A stretch of DNA of 64,000 nucleotides, from contig CAZHAR010000001.1 of the NCBI GenBank assembly GCA_964530615.1, positions 12,420 to 76,419 of the forward strand, in the 5' to 3' direction. The position numbers were made by a program, and so were the translations under genes. Positions 39,083 to 48,638 of this stretch are shown one piece after another; positions within the stretch are counted from its first letter, which is position 1, and every line of letters begins with the position of its first letter. A model generated the notes under the pieces. That model was not told where the DNA came from. It ran no database searches and worked only from the letters and a program-made list of their open reading frames with translations. This DNA is from an uncultured Planctomycetota bacterium (GTDB lineage Bacteria > Planctomycetota > JBBTDB01).

Positions 39083-39883
39083 ATGAGCTATTGGGGGAGT
39101 GCTGTGACCTTTTTTTTGTTTATTGAAGCCATTGGAATATTTCTGATGGTTGTTTGTAGCTTTTTAGTGATGCTTTCTTTGACCGTCTATTTTGCTTTTT
39201 TTCCTGAAGAACGCAATCGACTACAAAAGCGAATTCTCCTTATTTATCGGGGCACTCACGATCGATTTCTTTCTGGAATCACGAAAAGAAATCTGGAAGA
39301 AGAAGAGTTGAACAAAAAAATTGTTCATTGGGTGGATCGTGGAAATTGTTTAGAACTTCATTTGTTGATCAAGAAGCACTCCAGTGCGCATAAAAAAATT
39401 ATGTCGCGATTAGAGTCGAAACAAGATTATCTGTTAGGGGTCCAATTAGCCGATAAACTTCAAGATCCGCAATTAAAACAGGATTTTTATCGAAAAATTT
39501 ACGCGAAAGCGCTCGCCGCTAAAGATTATTTTCTCGCGATTGATTTCGCTAAAAAAATTCCCGATTATAAAGCGGCTTATGAATTGATGAAAACACAAAT
39601 TAAAGAGGTTTCTCACTTTATGGAACTCGGAGAAATGGCGGAAAAAGCCGAAGCGTTTGAAGAAGCCATTGCTTATTATCAAAAAGAAAACGCGCTTTAT
39701 GAAATCGCTCGTTTGCTGATCCGTCAACATCAAATAGATCGTCTGTTTGATTATTGCAAAGACGTCGGCCATAAAAAAGTAGCGGTGATGGTCCTGGCTC
39801 CCTTAAAAGAAGCCGGACTCGCCGAAGAAGCCGAACATCTCAAGCAAAAATTGATAGCCTATGAGGCCACTACCTCGCATTGA
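39083..39883 (+). CDS. Hypothetical membrane-anchored alpha-helical protein
   Basis: N-terminal TM helices and a helical, TPR-like C-terminus. No catalytic motifs. Confidence 0.4.
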   Translation: MSYWGSAVTFFLFIEAIGIFLMVVCSFLVMLSLTVYFAFFPEERNRLQKRILLIYRGTHDRFLSGITKRNLEEEELNKKIVHWVDRGNCLELHLLIKKHSSAHKKIMSRLESKQDYLLGVQLADKLQDPQLKQDFYRKIYAKALAAKDYFLAIDFAKKIPDYKAAYELMKTQIKEVSHFMELGEMAEKAEAFEEAIAYYQKENALYEIARLLIRQHQIDRLFDYCKDVGHKKVAVMVLAPLKEAGLAEEAEHLKQKLIAYEATTSH

Positions 39884-41144
39884 GGAACGGGATTTTAGGA
39901 AAGGAGCGACCCAGAATTTTTGAAGAATCGGTTTTAAACCAGTCTTCCAGAATCGAGGCATACACCGCTCGGAAATCAATGTTAAATTTAAGATCTCCGC
40001 CCCGATCCAGATCGGTCAGGCTAGGATAGGCGCTATTGAAACCGGGTTGTAGTTGTTCTCCTAAAATAAACATAGGGCCCGCGGTTCCGTGATCGGTTCC
40101 ACGACTTCCATTTTCGCGGACTCGCCGTCCGAATTCGGAGAAGGTGACAGTGAGAACTTCCCGGGAACGGTTATTTTTCTTGAGATCGTTATAAAAATTA
40201 CTGAGCGATTGAGCCAATTCTTTCAGTAGATTCGCCTGCTGGTTGGGTTGGTTGGCATGCGTATCAAAACCGGCAAACGAGACATAATAAATACGGGTCG
40301 GTAATCGTCCAATAATCAGATCGGCCACAATTTTAAGATCACGTCCCAAACGATTTCCTTCGTATCCTTCCGTGACGCGCTTTTGTTTTCCGACGTTAAC
40401 GACCTGATCCGAACTGACCATCGCGTTTGCGGTGACGGTACGTAAGTAATCAAGGTTCGAGAGAGAAGAAGCGGTCTGAGTTTGACCGACTTTATTGAGA
40501 GTTCGGAACGTACTTTGTTGGTCGGATCCGCCTCCGCGACCTTCGATCCATTTGAATTGGGTCGGATTATCAAAAGAAACACCGCGGCCCGATTTCCCGT
40601 CAAACGCCATAGGCAATTTGGGGCCAATATTGACACCACATACATTTTGCGGGGTACTAACACAACCCTGATCTAAATAGCGTCCGATCCAGCCATCATG
40701 AAGGTATTGTTCGGAATCAGAAGCCGTGTGCCAGATATCCATCGATCGGAAATGAGAGCGATTCGGGTTTGGGTAACCCACCCCGTTAAGGACCGCAAGT
40801 TTTCCTTCTTCATATAATTTTTTAAAGGGTTCTAGAGATTGATGAAGTGCGATGTTTTCATTCAGCGGAGTGAGTTCGCTGGTTTTCAGGCCAAGCACTT
40901 GGGAACGTGCTCGATAGTAATCATCATTTTTATAAGGGACGACGGTGTTTAATCCATCGTTTCCTCCGCTAAGTTGGACCATCACTAGAATCCGGTCATC
41001 CTGAAAGCCGGGAATGGGAGTTTCTTCGGGTGAGGCATAGAGAAACGGGCGAGAAAGAAACGTCGGTAATGCGACCCCAGCGCTAACGACAAAAGCGGTT
41101 TGCAAGAAATCGCGTCGAGTATAAAGAGTTTTTCGTTCGTTCAT
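39870..41144 (-). CDS. DUF1501 family protein (alkaline-phosphatase/sulfatase-like fold) with twin-arginine signal
   Basis: TAT motif TRRDFLQTAF followed by a hydrophobic stretch. Conserved DUF1501 body. Start set at MNERK, internal to the track ORF. Confidence 0.7.
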   Translation of the reverse strand: MNERKTLYTRRDFLQTAFVVSAGVALPTFLSRPFLYASPEETPIPGFQDDRILVMVQLSGGNDGLNTVVPYKNDDYYRARSQVLGLKTSELTPLNENIALHQSLEPFKKLYEEGKLAVLNGVGYPNPNRSHFRSMDIWHTASDSEQYLHDGWIGRYLDQGCVSTPQNVCGVNIGPKLPMAFDGKSGRGVSFDNPTQFKWIEGRGGGSDQQSTFRTLNKVGQTQTASSLSNLDYLRTVTANAMVSSDQVVNVGKQKRVTEGYEGNRLGRDLKIVADLIIGRLPTRIYYVSFAGFDTHANQPNQQANLLKELAQSLSNFYNDLKKNNRSREVLTVTFSEFGRRVRENGSRGTDHGTAGPMFILGEQLQPGFNSAYPSLTDLDRGGDLKFNIDFRAVYASILEDWFKTDSSKILGRSFPKIPFLNAR

Positions 41145-41197
41145 GGAAAAAACCTTTCCTGATCGGGTTATTTGTAGGGGCACGGCGTGCCTGCCTT

Positions 41198-42742
41198 TTA
41201 GCATAATTGGTATTCGGCAAGAGAGAGTATTAAATGGACGACACTGCGTAAATCACGCTCTGTTGTTGTTTGTAAAGAGAGTACAGAAGTTTCGGTACCG
41301 CTTTTAAAAGCTTGAATCAAGAAATCGCGTTGGTCGCGATCCAGCGTTTTTCCAAGAAAACGAATTGTCAGGAAATCGATGACTTCTCCGAGGGTAAATC
41401 CTTCATAAGGTCCAAAAAAAGTGTATGCGTTCAATGGAGCGCGGTTCTGAAACTTTTGAATTCGTTTTTGAATTCGTTCGACTTCAAGCGAATCCGCCAT
41501 TTCATCGAGTTCCAAGCGTTTGGGATTTTGAGGCATTACCCCATTGACAAGAAATGCCGAGAGATTATAGCGAATCAGAATGGTATTGGTGTCAATCCAA
41601 GCGCGATTTCCGGGCCATCCTTTGACATTGGGTGGGAGAAAGAGTTCTTGCCCAAGTTGTCGCATTGCCACTTGGAGCAAGCGTCCACGAGCTTGTTTTT
41701 CCTCTTCTTCCGTAGAGTCGAGAAAGGGAATTTCTAACTCCTCGAATAATCCCAAAATCAATTGAACGGGGCTTTTAATCTGGTTCATCATCGCAGACGG
41801 AGAATAAAATGCAGTGGAGAGAAAGATGGCGCGAAGCAGAGGAGCCAATTCGAAATGGTTCTCTCGAAAGACTTTGCTGAGTTCTTCAACGAGTGCGGGC
41901 GAAGGTTCTTCTTCGACAAAAAATTCCCAGAGTTTTTTCGGAACAAATTCACTCACCGCTTTTTGTTCAAAAATAATATCGAGGATCTGGTTTCCATCGA
42001 AGTTTCCCGTACGTCCCATAAAGGTTTTGGAATCGAAGTCGTGTTGTCTCGCGTTATGAAAAAATTCGCCATTGCGTTGGGTCCACCCTGTAAAAGAGCG
42101 AGCGGATTCTTTGATATCTTGTTCAGTATAATTTCCAATGCCGAGGGTAAAGAGTTCCATGAGTTCGCGGGCCCAATTTTCATTAGGTTTTCCCTTTACA
42201 TTTTGCATATTATCGAGGTAGCGAAGCATCGCGGGAGATTGGCCAACTTTCGTCACTAGTGTTTTAAAATTTCCCATGCCTTCGGTACGAAAAATTTGGT
42301 TGAGTTGGTAATTAAACGAGGCGTTTTTTATTTTTTGCGCAGAAGTAGCGAAATGGCCATGCCAAAAGAGGGCGAGTTTTTCTTGAAGCGGACGAGTGGT
42401 TTGTTTCATACGTTTAAGCCACCACAGTTGAAGGCCGTGAAGTTGTTGATTTTCTTCTTGGCGAATTTGGCGCATCAACATTTCACCTTCGTTTTTTCCG
42501 AGGAGTTTGGCAGACATCGCCATCGTTTCAACATCGATATTTTCTTTAATCCATGCGGGTTCTGGAAAGGGATCTTCTATTTTTTGTACGTCGACAAACG
42601 TATTCACGGCCCCTTGTACTCCGAGTCGAAGCAGTTCATTGATTCGGCTATCCGGAAGGCCGAAACCGGCTCTGTTTAGGAAGTGTCGAGCTTTTGCTTG
42701 ATCCCAAGAAGACTCCGGGAGTGGATTTAAAAAAGACATCAT
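41198..42742 (-). CDS. DUF1800 family protein (canonical partner of DUF1501)
   Basis: N-terminal ...ARHFLNRAGFG typical of DUF1800. It lies directly upstream of the DUF1501 gene in the same orientation. Confidence 0.7.
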   Translation of the reverse strand: MMSFLNPLPESSWDQAKARHFLNRAGFGLPDSRINELLRLGVQGAVNTFVDVQKIEDPFPEPAWIKENIDVETMAMSAKLLGKNEGEMLMRQIRQEENQQLHGLQLWWLKRMKQTTRPLQEKLALFWHGHFATSAQKIKNASFNYQLNQIFRTEGMGNFKTLVTKVGQSPAMLRYLDNMQNVKGKPNENWARELMELFTLGIGNYTEQDIKESARSFTGWTQRNGEFFHNARQHDFDSKTFMGRTGNFDGNQILDIIFEQKAVSEFVPKKLWEFFVEEEPSPALVEELSKVFRENHFELAPLLRAIFLSTAFYSPSAMMNQIKSPVQLILGLFEELEIPFLDSTEEEEKQARGRLLQVAMRQLGQELFLPPNVKGWPGNRAWIDTNTILIRYNLSAFLVNGVMPQNPKRLELDEMADSLEVERIQKRIQKFQNRAPLNAYTFFGPYEGFTLGEVIDFLTIRFLGKTLDRDQRDFLIQAFKSGTETSVLSLQTTTERDLRSVVHLILSLAEYQLC

Positions 42743-43009
42743 AATCTCCTTATCAAAAGAATTTATGCGGAAGAGGAGCAAATGGTTTTTATATTACGCA
42801 AATCTAAAAAAAATGTGGTGTTCTTTATGGGTGATTTTTTTTAAATTGGCTATTTGTCTTCTATTAAAATTATTGATAAGATGAAGTTTCGCAGAGGTCG
42901 TTTTAAATCGACGCTCCCCCCATCTAAAAATATATTCTAATCCCTGTCTCTAGGAACCTTTAACCTCGCCTCTTGGTATTATTAAACTTCTTTGCCTTAA
43001 AGGATATGT

Positions 43010-44125
43010 ATGTTCCGATGGAAATGGATTGCCTTCTATTGGCTGAGTTGTGGATGTTTTTTTTCGACGGCCCAAAATCTTGAGCCGTTTTCTTCTAAAG
43101 AATTTCTTGCTCGACTAGAGGCTCCACTAGTTCAGAGGATTCGCTGTGATTTGCGACAACGACAACTTTTAGAGACTTCTCATTCTCCGATTAAAGCGAA
43201 TCGTCCGATTCGCTTGCGAGACGATCTCTGGCAATGCCCCCTCTCTCATGATCCCTTAAAAATTTTTCATTTTCTAGATATTCTTCCTTCTCAGCAAGTC
43301 GATGTCTATTATTCCGTAAATTTACATGGTTACTGGACTCGTGTTTTGGGGACAGATGGACAAGAAATCTGGAACGGACGATTTCAATTTGGATTTGCTG
43401 AAGAACCCGAGAATTTGTCTCCGGAAGATCGGCCCGGCATGAAGGAAGTAGAGCGTTTTATTCAAAATGTGATGCTCGATGAAAAAGAAGGCGGAACTGG
43501 TTTTTTTGAAAATCAATTTGCGGGAATCCAAGCCTTGGGGCCAAAAACAGTGTTTCGTTTAGATACGTTGATTCGGGATCACTTACAAGATGAAGAGTTT
43601 CAATCTTTGTGTTGTCGGGCGATCGGAGAACTCAGAGATCTGCAAGCTATTCCTTTTTTAAAGAACTATTTAAATGATGCCTTTATTCATGAAGGCGTCA
43701 AACAAGAAGCTGTTTATACGTTAGCGGAACTCGGCGATCGCGGTATTATTGATCAATTGATTCATAATTATCAGAACGCGTTAAAACACCCTCAAATGGC
43801 TCCAATTCAAAAGATCGCTTTATACACACAACTTGCGACAATCTATTACCGTTTAAAGGAATTTGATAAATCGATTGAATGTTATCAATGTTGTATCCAA
43901 ATTAATGCAACAGATATCACCTATTACAATCTAGCTTGTATGTACGCGAAACTCGGACAAGTCGACAAAGCGATCGAGAATTTGGGACTCTCGATTCAAA
44001 AAGGATATGATCAAGTCGCTTGGATGAAAAAGGACGGGGATTTAAATGGGTTGAGAGAGGACCCTCGCTTTATTGAAATGATTCAAACTCTGGAAGCCAA
44101 ACAGAAAAAAGAAGAACAACAATAA
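43010..44125 (+). CDS. Secreted HEAT-repeat plus TPR-repeat protein
   Basis: Signal peptide. HEAT-like AIGELRDLQAIPFL, YTLAELGDRGIIDQL. TPR-like C-terminus (YYNLACMYAKLGQVDKAIENL). Confidence 0.5.
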   Translation: MFRWKWIAFYWLSCGCFFSTAQNLEPFSSKEFLARLEAPLVQRIRCDLRQRQLLETSHSPIKANRPIRLRDDLWQCPLSHDPLKIFHFLDILPSQQVDVYYSVNLHGYWTRVLGTDGQEIWNGRFQFGFAEEPENLSPEDRPGMKEVERFIQNVMLDEKEGGTGFFENQFAGIQALGPKTVFRLDTLIRDHLQDEEFQSLCCRAIGELRDLQAIPFLKNYLNDAFIHEGVKQEAVYTLAELGDRGIIDQLIHNYQNALKHPQMAPIQKIALYTQLATIYYRLKEFDKSIECYQCCIQINATDITYYNLACMYAKLGQVDKAIENLGLSIQKGYDQVAWMKKDGDLNGLREDPRFIEMIQTLEAKQKKEEQQ

Positions 44126-44147
44126 GAAACCACTTTAAAGTCAAAAT

Positions 44148-44295
44148 CCCTTATTGTCATCGCGAGGAGCCAATGAAACGGTCGTTACGCATCTCCGGTA
44201 TGCTTGTCATTGCGAACGCAGTGAAGCAATCTCCGGTATGCTTGAATCTTTCGGAGATTGCTTCTTCGGCTTGCGCCTCATCGCAATGACAATGA
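44148..44295. repeat. MITE/REP-like element, family 'tgtcattgcgaa', copy C (one and a half units)
   Basis: cttaTTGTCATCGCGAGGAGCC ... TTGTCATTGCGAACGCAGTGAAGCAATCTCCG ... CGGAGATTGCTTCTTCGGCTTGCGCCTCATCGCAATGACAatgag. Starts 23 nt after the upstream stop and runs into the 5' end of the annotated histidine-kinase ORF. Confidence 0.8.
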
Positions 44296-44321
44296 GAGAT
44301 TCTTTTTTTGGGGGGGCAATT

Positions 44322-46343
44322 ATGGGAAACGCGTCAGAACCCACGCTTTTAACTCAAATTACTCACTGGAGCCAGTATTTCACAGCCACTCAAGATGCCA
44401 TTTTGATTGTGGATCTTCAGGGAACCAACAAATTTCTGAATTCAGCCATGGAGGCAATGTTTGGCTATTCTTCGGACGAGGTTTTGGAGAAATCCGTGGA
44501 AATTTTTATTCCACCTAGCTCCCTCGAAAAACATCGGAGCGGATTTGAAAAGATGAGCCAAGCAACAGAGATTGCTTTACGATCAGTTCGAGAAGTAACC
44601 GGTCGAAAAAAAGAGGGCACTTCTTTTCAGGTTGAAATGGAAATCAATCGGATTAGTCAAAATAATCAATCGTTCTTTATCGCGGTTATTCGCGATCTGA
44701 CCCCCCGAAAAAAAATTGAAAAAGAGCTACTTTGGGCCAAAGAAGCCGCGGAAGCCTCCAGTCGTTCCAAGAGTGGTTTTTTGGCGAACATGAGTCATGA
44801 ATTGCGAACCCCCTTAAATTCAGTGATCGGTTTTTCCAATATTTTATTAAAAAACAAGCACCAACATTTAACCTCGCAAGAGTTGACTTATTTAGAGAAA
44901 ATTCAGAAAAATGGCAATCACCTGCTGAAGTTGATCAATTCCATTTTGGATTTGTCAAAAGTCGAAGCGGGTCATGTGGAGCTACATCTTGAAACGTTCT
45001 GTTTAAAAACTTTGATTCTAGAGGTATTACAAAATTTAGAATCTCAATTTATCGAAAAAAAACTGGAAGTGATGCACCGATTTCCACTCACTCTGGAAAT
45101 GATTCGAACGGATCGAGAAAAACTCAAACAAATTCTGATCAATCTGATTGGAAACGCGATTAAATTTACCGAAAAAGGCTACATCAAGATTCATATCGAA
45201 TCGGACTCCGAAGATCGTCCGACTCATATTCATGTGATCGATACCGGGATGGGAATTCCTAAAGAAAAGATGGAAACTATTTTTGAAGCTTTTCAGCAGG
45301 CGGATGACTCTATTTCAAGACAATATGGAGGAACCGGATTAGGGTTAACGATTTCTCGTGCTTTATTAGAGTTAATGGGGTTTTCTTTACAGGTGAGAAG
45401 TACTTTTGGAGAAGGTTCTATCTTTACGATTATTCTAGTTAAAACGCTTCAAATTTCATTGTCCCATGAAACCCCTCCTCCAATGAGGGTAGATTCTGGT
45501 TTTACAGGAAATAAGAGTAATTCGATCGAGGAAATGTATGAAGAAAAACCTCTTCCCCCTAAATTAGAAAAGAAAATTTCAGCGAAAACAGAGATCATTC
45601 AACTTCGTTCTGCTTTTGCAAATCTCCCCGTGAACTCTGAGTCTGAAGAAATAAAAAAAATATCGATTACGGAGCAGTTAGCGAACAAGCTTATTTTAAT
45701 TATTGATGACCAAAATGATTCGTATCTTTTAATTAAAGATCATTTACAAGAATTTAATTGCGAAGTTCTTTGGGCAAATTCAGGAAGACAAGGGTTAATA
45801 CTCGCGGAAGGACTTTTGCCAAGCATGATATTTCTAGATTTATTAATGTCTCCCATTACTGGTTGGGAAATATTAAGAACAATGAAAGAAAATATGCTGT
45901 TAAAATATATTCCAGTGATTATCGAAAGTATTGTGGGTAAAGAAAATCAACCCTCCCTTGAGAAAACGGCCTATATTCTGGAAAAACCCTTTGGGCGAAA
46001 AGAACTTATTAAAGCATTAGAGGCTGGCTTAAATTATCGAGAAAAAACCAAAGTACTTATTGTCGAAAAAAGTGAGGACGCGAGAAAAATTATTCTCGCT
46101 TTTTCTCAAAGCAAGAAAACGGATATGGAATTTCGAATGATTCTTCAAGAAAAAGAACTCCCAAAACAGATCCAAGAATTCAATCCAGATCATATTATTT
46201 TTCAGCGAACTCTTTTTCCGCTAAATACCAATGCATTTGCAGTTCAAAAAAACTATAAACAAGTGCAGGAGTATTTAGAAATGCTTGTTAAAAGTCTCAA
46301 TGAGATTTCTAATATTTTCGGACATGATGTACCAACCACTTAA
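44322..46343 (+). CDS. Hybrid sensor histidine kinase (PAS, HisKA, HATPase_c, receiver, degenerate second receiver)
   Basis: H-box MSHELRTPLNSVIGFSNIL. G-box GGTGLGLTISRALLE. Receiver LILIIDDQ...IFLDLLMSP. Start moved to the ATG at 44322 because the first 168 nt of the track ORF is a translation of the MITE. Confidence 0.8.
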   Translation: MGNASEPTLLTQITHWSQYFTATQDAILIVDLQGTNKFLNSAMEAMFGYSSDEVLEKSVEIFIPPSSLEKHRSGFEKMSQATEIALRSVREVTGRKKEGTSFQVEMEINRISQNNQSFFIAVIRDLTPRKKIEKELLWAKEAAEASSRSKSGFLANMSHELRTPLNSVIGFSNILLKNKHQHLTSQELTYLEKIQKNGNHLLKLINSILDLSKVEAGHVELHLETFCLKTLILEVLQNLESQFIEKKLEVMHRFPLTLEMIRTDREKLKQILINLIGNAIKFTEKGYIKIHIESDSEDRPTHIHVIDTGMGIPKEKMETIFEAFQQADDSISRQYGGTGLGLTISRALLELMGFSLQVRSTFGEGSIFTIILVKTLQISLSHETPPPMRVDSGFTGNKSNSIEEMYEEKPLPPKLEKKISAKTEIIQLRSAFANLPVNSESEEIKKISITEQLANKLILIIDDQNDSYLLIKDHLQEFNCEVLWANSGRQGLILAEGLLPSMIFLDLLMSPITGWEILRTMKENMLLKYIPVIIESIVGKENQPSLEKTAYILEKPFGRKELIKALEAGLNYREKTKVLIVEKSEDARKIILAFSQSKKTDMEFRMILQEKELPKQIQEFNPDHIIFQRTLFPLNTNAFAVQKNYKQVQEYLEMLVKSLNEISNIFGHDVPTT

Positions 46344-46369
46344 ATTGATTTAAACACCGGGATTATTTT

Positions 46370-46735
46370 ATGCTCAAAAAAATAGTATTAGTTGAAGACA
46401 ACGAAGATAATCGGCTTCTTGTGAATGCCATTTTAGAAGGGTTATACGAAATTATCGAATATGAAACAGGAATTGAAGCCATCGAAAAATTAGCGTCGTC
46501 CAAAGCCGATTTAGTTTTATTAGATATTTCTTTACCTGGAAAAGATGGAATCGAAGTCGTAAAATGGATTCGTACTCAACCCTTACTTAAATTGCTTCCA
46601 GTCATTGCTTTGACGGCTCACGCAATGGAGGGAACGCGAAAAATGCTAATAGGTCATGGGTTTACGGACTATTTGATGAAGCCGATTATTGATGAAAACA
46701 ATTTATTAGATACGCTCAAAAAATTTTTAAACTGA
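46370..46735 (+). CDS. Single-domain response regulator (CheY-like receiver)
   Basis: IVLVEDNEDN...LVLLDISLPGKDG...ALTAHA receiver signature. Confidence 0.8.
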   Translation: MLKKIVLVEDNEDNRLLVNAILEGLYEIIEYETGIEAIEKLASSKADLVLLDISLPGKDGIEVVKWIRTQPLLKLLPVIALTAHAMEGTRKMLIGHGFTDYLMKPIIDENNLLDTLKKFLN

Positions 46736-46746
46736 TTCAAAACTTT

Positions 46747-47106
46747 ATGACTACTGAAAACGGGATTGATTGGAAGAAAATTAAAAATCTGCAAAAAATA
46801 GGTGGAGATAAGCTCTTAAAGAAACTCTATATCCTATTCTTGGAAAAAACACCACAACAAGTGGACTCTTTTTTTCAAAACTATCAAATTCAAAATTGGA
46901 GAAATATTGAAAATACGGCGCATTCTCTGAAATCGAGTACAGGAAATTTAGGGCTTACCTTACTTTACTCCTTGTCTCAAACTCTGGAATCAAAAGCTCA
47001 TCAAGGTATTTTTTCTGAAATTCTTCCCTTGATCCAATCTTTTCAGAGCGAATTCGAGCGCATACAACCCATTTTACAACAAGAACTTCAGAAAATGCCG
47101 AGTTAG
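46747..47106 (+). CDS. Hpt histidine phosphotransfer protein
   Basis: AHSLKSSTGNLGL phospho-histidine motif in a roughly 120-aa helical protein. Confidence 0.7.
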   Translation: MTTENGIDWKKIKNLQKIGGDKLLKKLYILFLEKTPQQVDSFFQNYQIQNWRNIENTAHSLKSSTGNLGLTLLYSLSQTLESKAHQGIFSEILPLIQSFQSEFERIQPILQQELQKMPS

Positions 47107-47112
47107 AAGCCA

Positions 47113-47143
47113 ATTATTGTCACTGCGTTCGCAATGACAATAG
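47113..47143. repeat. Minimal copy (terminal inverted repeats only) of the 'tgtcattgcgaa' element, copy D
   Basis: attaTTGTCACTGCGttCGCAATGACAAtag, a near-perfect palindrome 7 nt after the Hpt stop between convergent genes. Confidence 0.7.
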
Positions 47144-47162
47144 AAGGTTTTAAAACAGATTC

Positions 47163-48368
47163 TTAAATTTGAGCGGGTTGAGCTATTTCCAAAGCGAGCA
47201 AAGAAACATCGTCATCCATTGTGCCTACGGAACACCATTTTTTGAGTTGGACCACTAATTCGCAAAGTGTTTCTTTAATGGAAATATTGACATTTTTGTG
47301 AAAAAATTCTGTTAACTGATTCCGCCCAAATTGTTCTCTCTTGGGAGTCATCGCTTCTATAACTCCATCTGAATAAAAATAGAGACGATCTCCGGGATTT
47401 AATTGGATAGAATATTCTTCGTAGTCAATCTCTTCCAGAAAACTAATGGGGGGGCCAGAAGGCTCTTTATTCAACATTTGAGGGCCCTCTCGAGTCAACA
47501 AAATTGGAGGGGGATGTCCTGCGGTAATATAAGTAAAATTTAAGGTTTTAGAGTCCAGAATCCCATAGATCAGCGTAAAAAACTGTCGTGTTTTGTCGTT
47601 CCAGGGAAACCGCTTGTTTAATTCCCGCGCGACCCTTGAAGGCGAAACGATTTTATAATAAGGTGCCTCTTCGCTTGTTTCTTTCAAAATGGAAAAGGAT
47701 TCTAGGGTTGGAGATAAAAGACGAGCCAGAATAACAGATTGAAGTGCCGCAGAAACGCCATGACCCGAAACATCCAAAATATAGAGCGCTATTTTGTTTT
47801 CATCTAGGGGGATGATATTTAAAAAATCTCCCGCAAGTTCATCGCACGGGAGAAAAAGCCAATCAAACTGAGTCTCCCCAAAAATTGGACTTATTTGAGG
47901 CAAAAATGTTTTCTGAATTTTAGCGGCAGAATCGAGTTCGTGTTTCATGCGGTGATTGGATTCCTGAAGCTGATTGTTATGTCTTTCGAGATCGGCTTCT
48001 AGGTTAAGAATTCGTTTAGCGCACCCCAAACGACTTCTCAATTCATCAAAATCGATGGGCTTTGAGATAAAGTCGTCCGCTCCTGCATCCAGAGCCTGAA
48101 TAATTTCTTCTTTATGACTTTTGCCACTCAGCAAAATAATATAGGTATAGTGTTTGTTATTGAGAATTCGGACGGTTCGAGTGAGTTCCAGTCCGTCCAT
48201 TTCCGGCATTAACCAGTCGGTAATAATCAGAGAGAAATGTTGTTGTTCTAAGAGACGTAGTGCTTCTTTTCCATTTTCTGTACTGGAGACTTCATAGCCT
48301 TCTTGTTCTAAATAGCTTTGAAGAATGTGAATCATAATCAAATCGTCGTCAACAATTAAAACTTTCAT
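47163..48368 (-). CDS. Response regulator with PP2C-type (SpoIIE/RsbU) phosphatase output (HsbR/RsbY-like)
   Basis: Receiver KVLIVDDD...ITDWLMPEMDG. C-terminal PP2C ...AGDFLNIIPLDENKIALYILDVSGHGVSAAL. Confidence 0.8.
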   Translation of the reverse strand: MKVLIVDDDLIMIHILQSYLEQEGYEVSSTENGKEALRLLEQQHFSLIITDWLMPEMDGLELTRTVRILNNKHYTYIILLSGKSHKEEIIQALDAGADDFISKPIDFDELRSRLGCAKRILNLEADLERHNNQLQESNHRMKHELDSAAKIQKTFLPQISPIFGETQFDWLFLPCDELAGDFLNIIPLDENKIALYILDVSGHGVSAALQSVILARLLSPTLESFSILKETSEEAPYYKIVSPSRVARELNKRFPWNDKTRQFFTLIYGILDSKTLNFTYITAGHPPPILLTREGPQMLNKEPSGPPISFLEEIDYEEYSIQLNPGDRLYFYSDGVIEAMTPKREQFGRNQLTEFFHKNVNISIKETLCELVVQLKKWCSVGTMDDDVSLLALEIAQPAQI

Positions 48369-48638
48369 AAACTATAGAACCCTTTATAAATAGGACTATT
48401 TTTCCCAAGAAAACCTGCAAAAATAAATTCTAGAATTTTCTCCTTTAGAATTGAAAAAAAGAAAGAAATGGCGATTGAAATCATTTTATTTATTTTATTT
48501 ATTTTGTCTACTGTTTTTCGAAAAAAATTAAATTTTTTTAATAATTTGAAGCTTCAGGGAGAAGATATAGATTCTTCAGAATAAAATCCCTATAATACCG
48601 ATATCCTTTGTGGATTTATAAGAAAGTTTATTTATTAG

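Noticed and set aside
48470-48510. Short 'ttttattta' iterations upstream of the kinase-WD40 gene
   Set aside because: This is only a low-complexity AT-rich tract in a promoter region. It has too few and too irregular units to call a tandem repeat.
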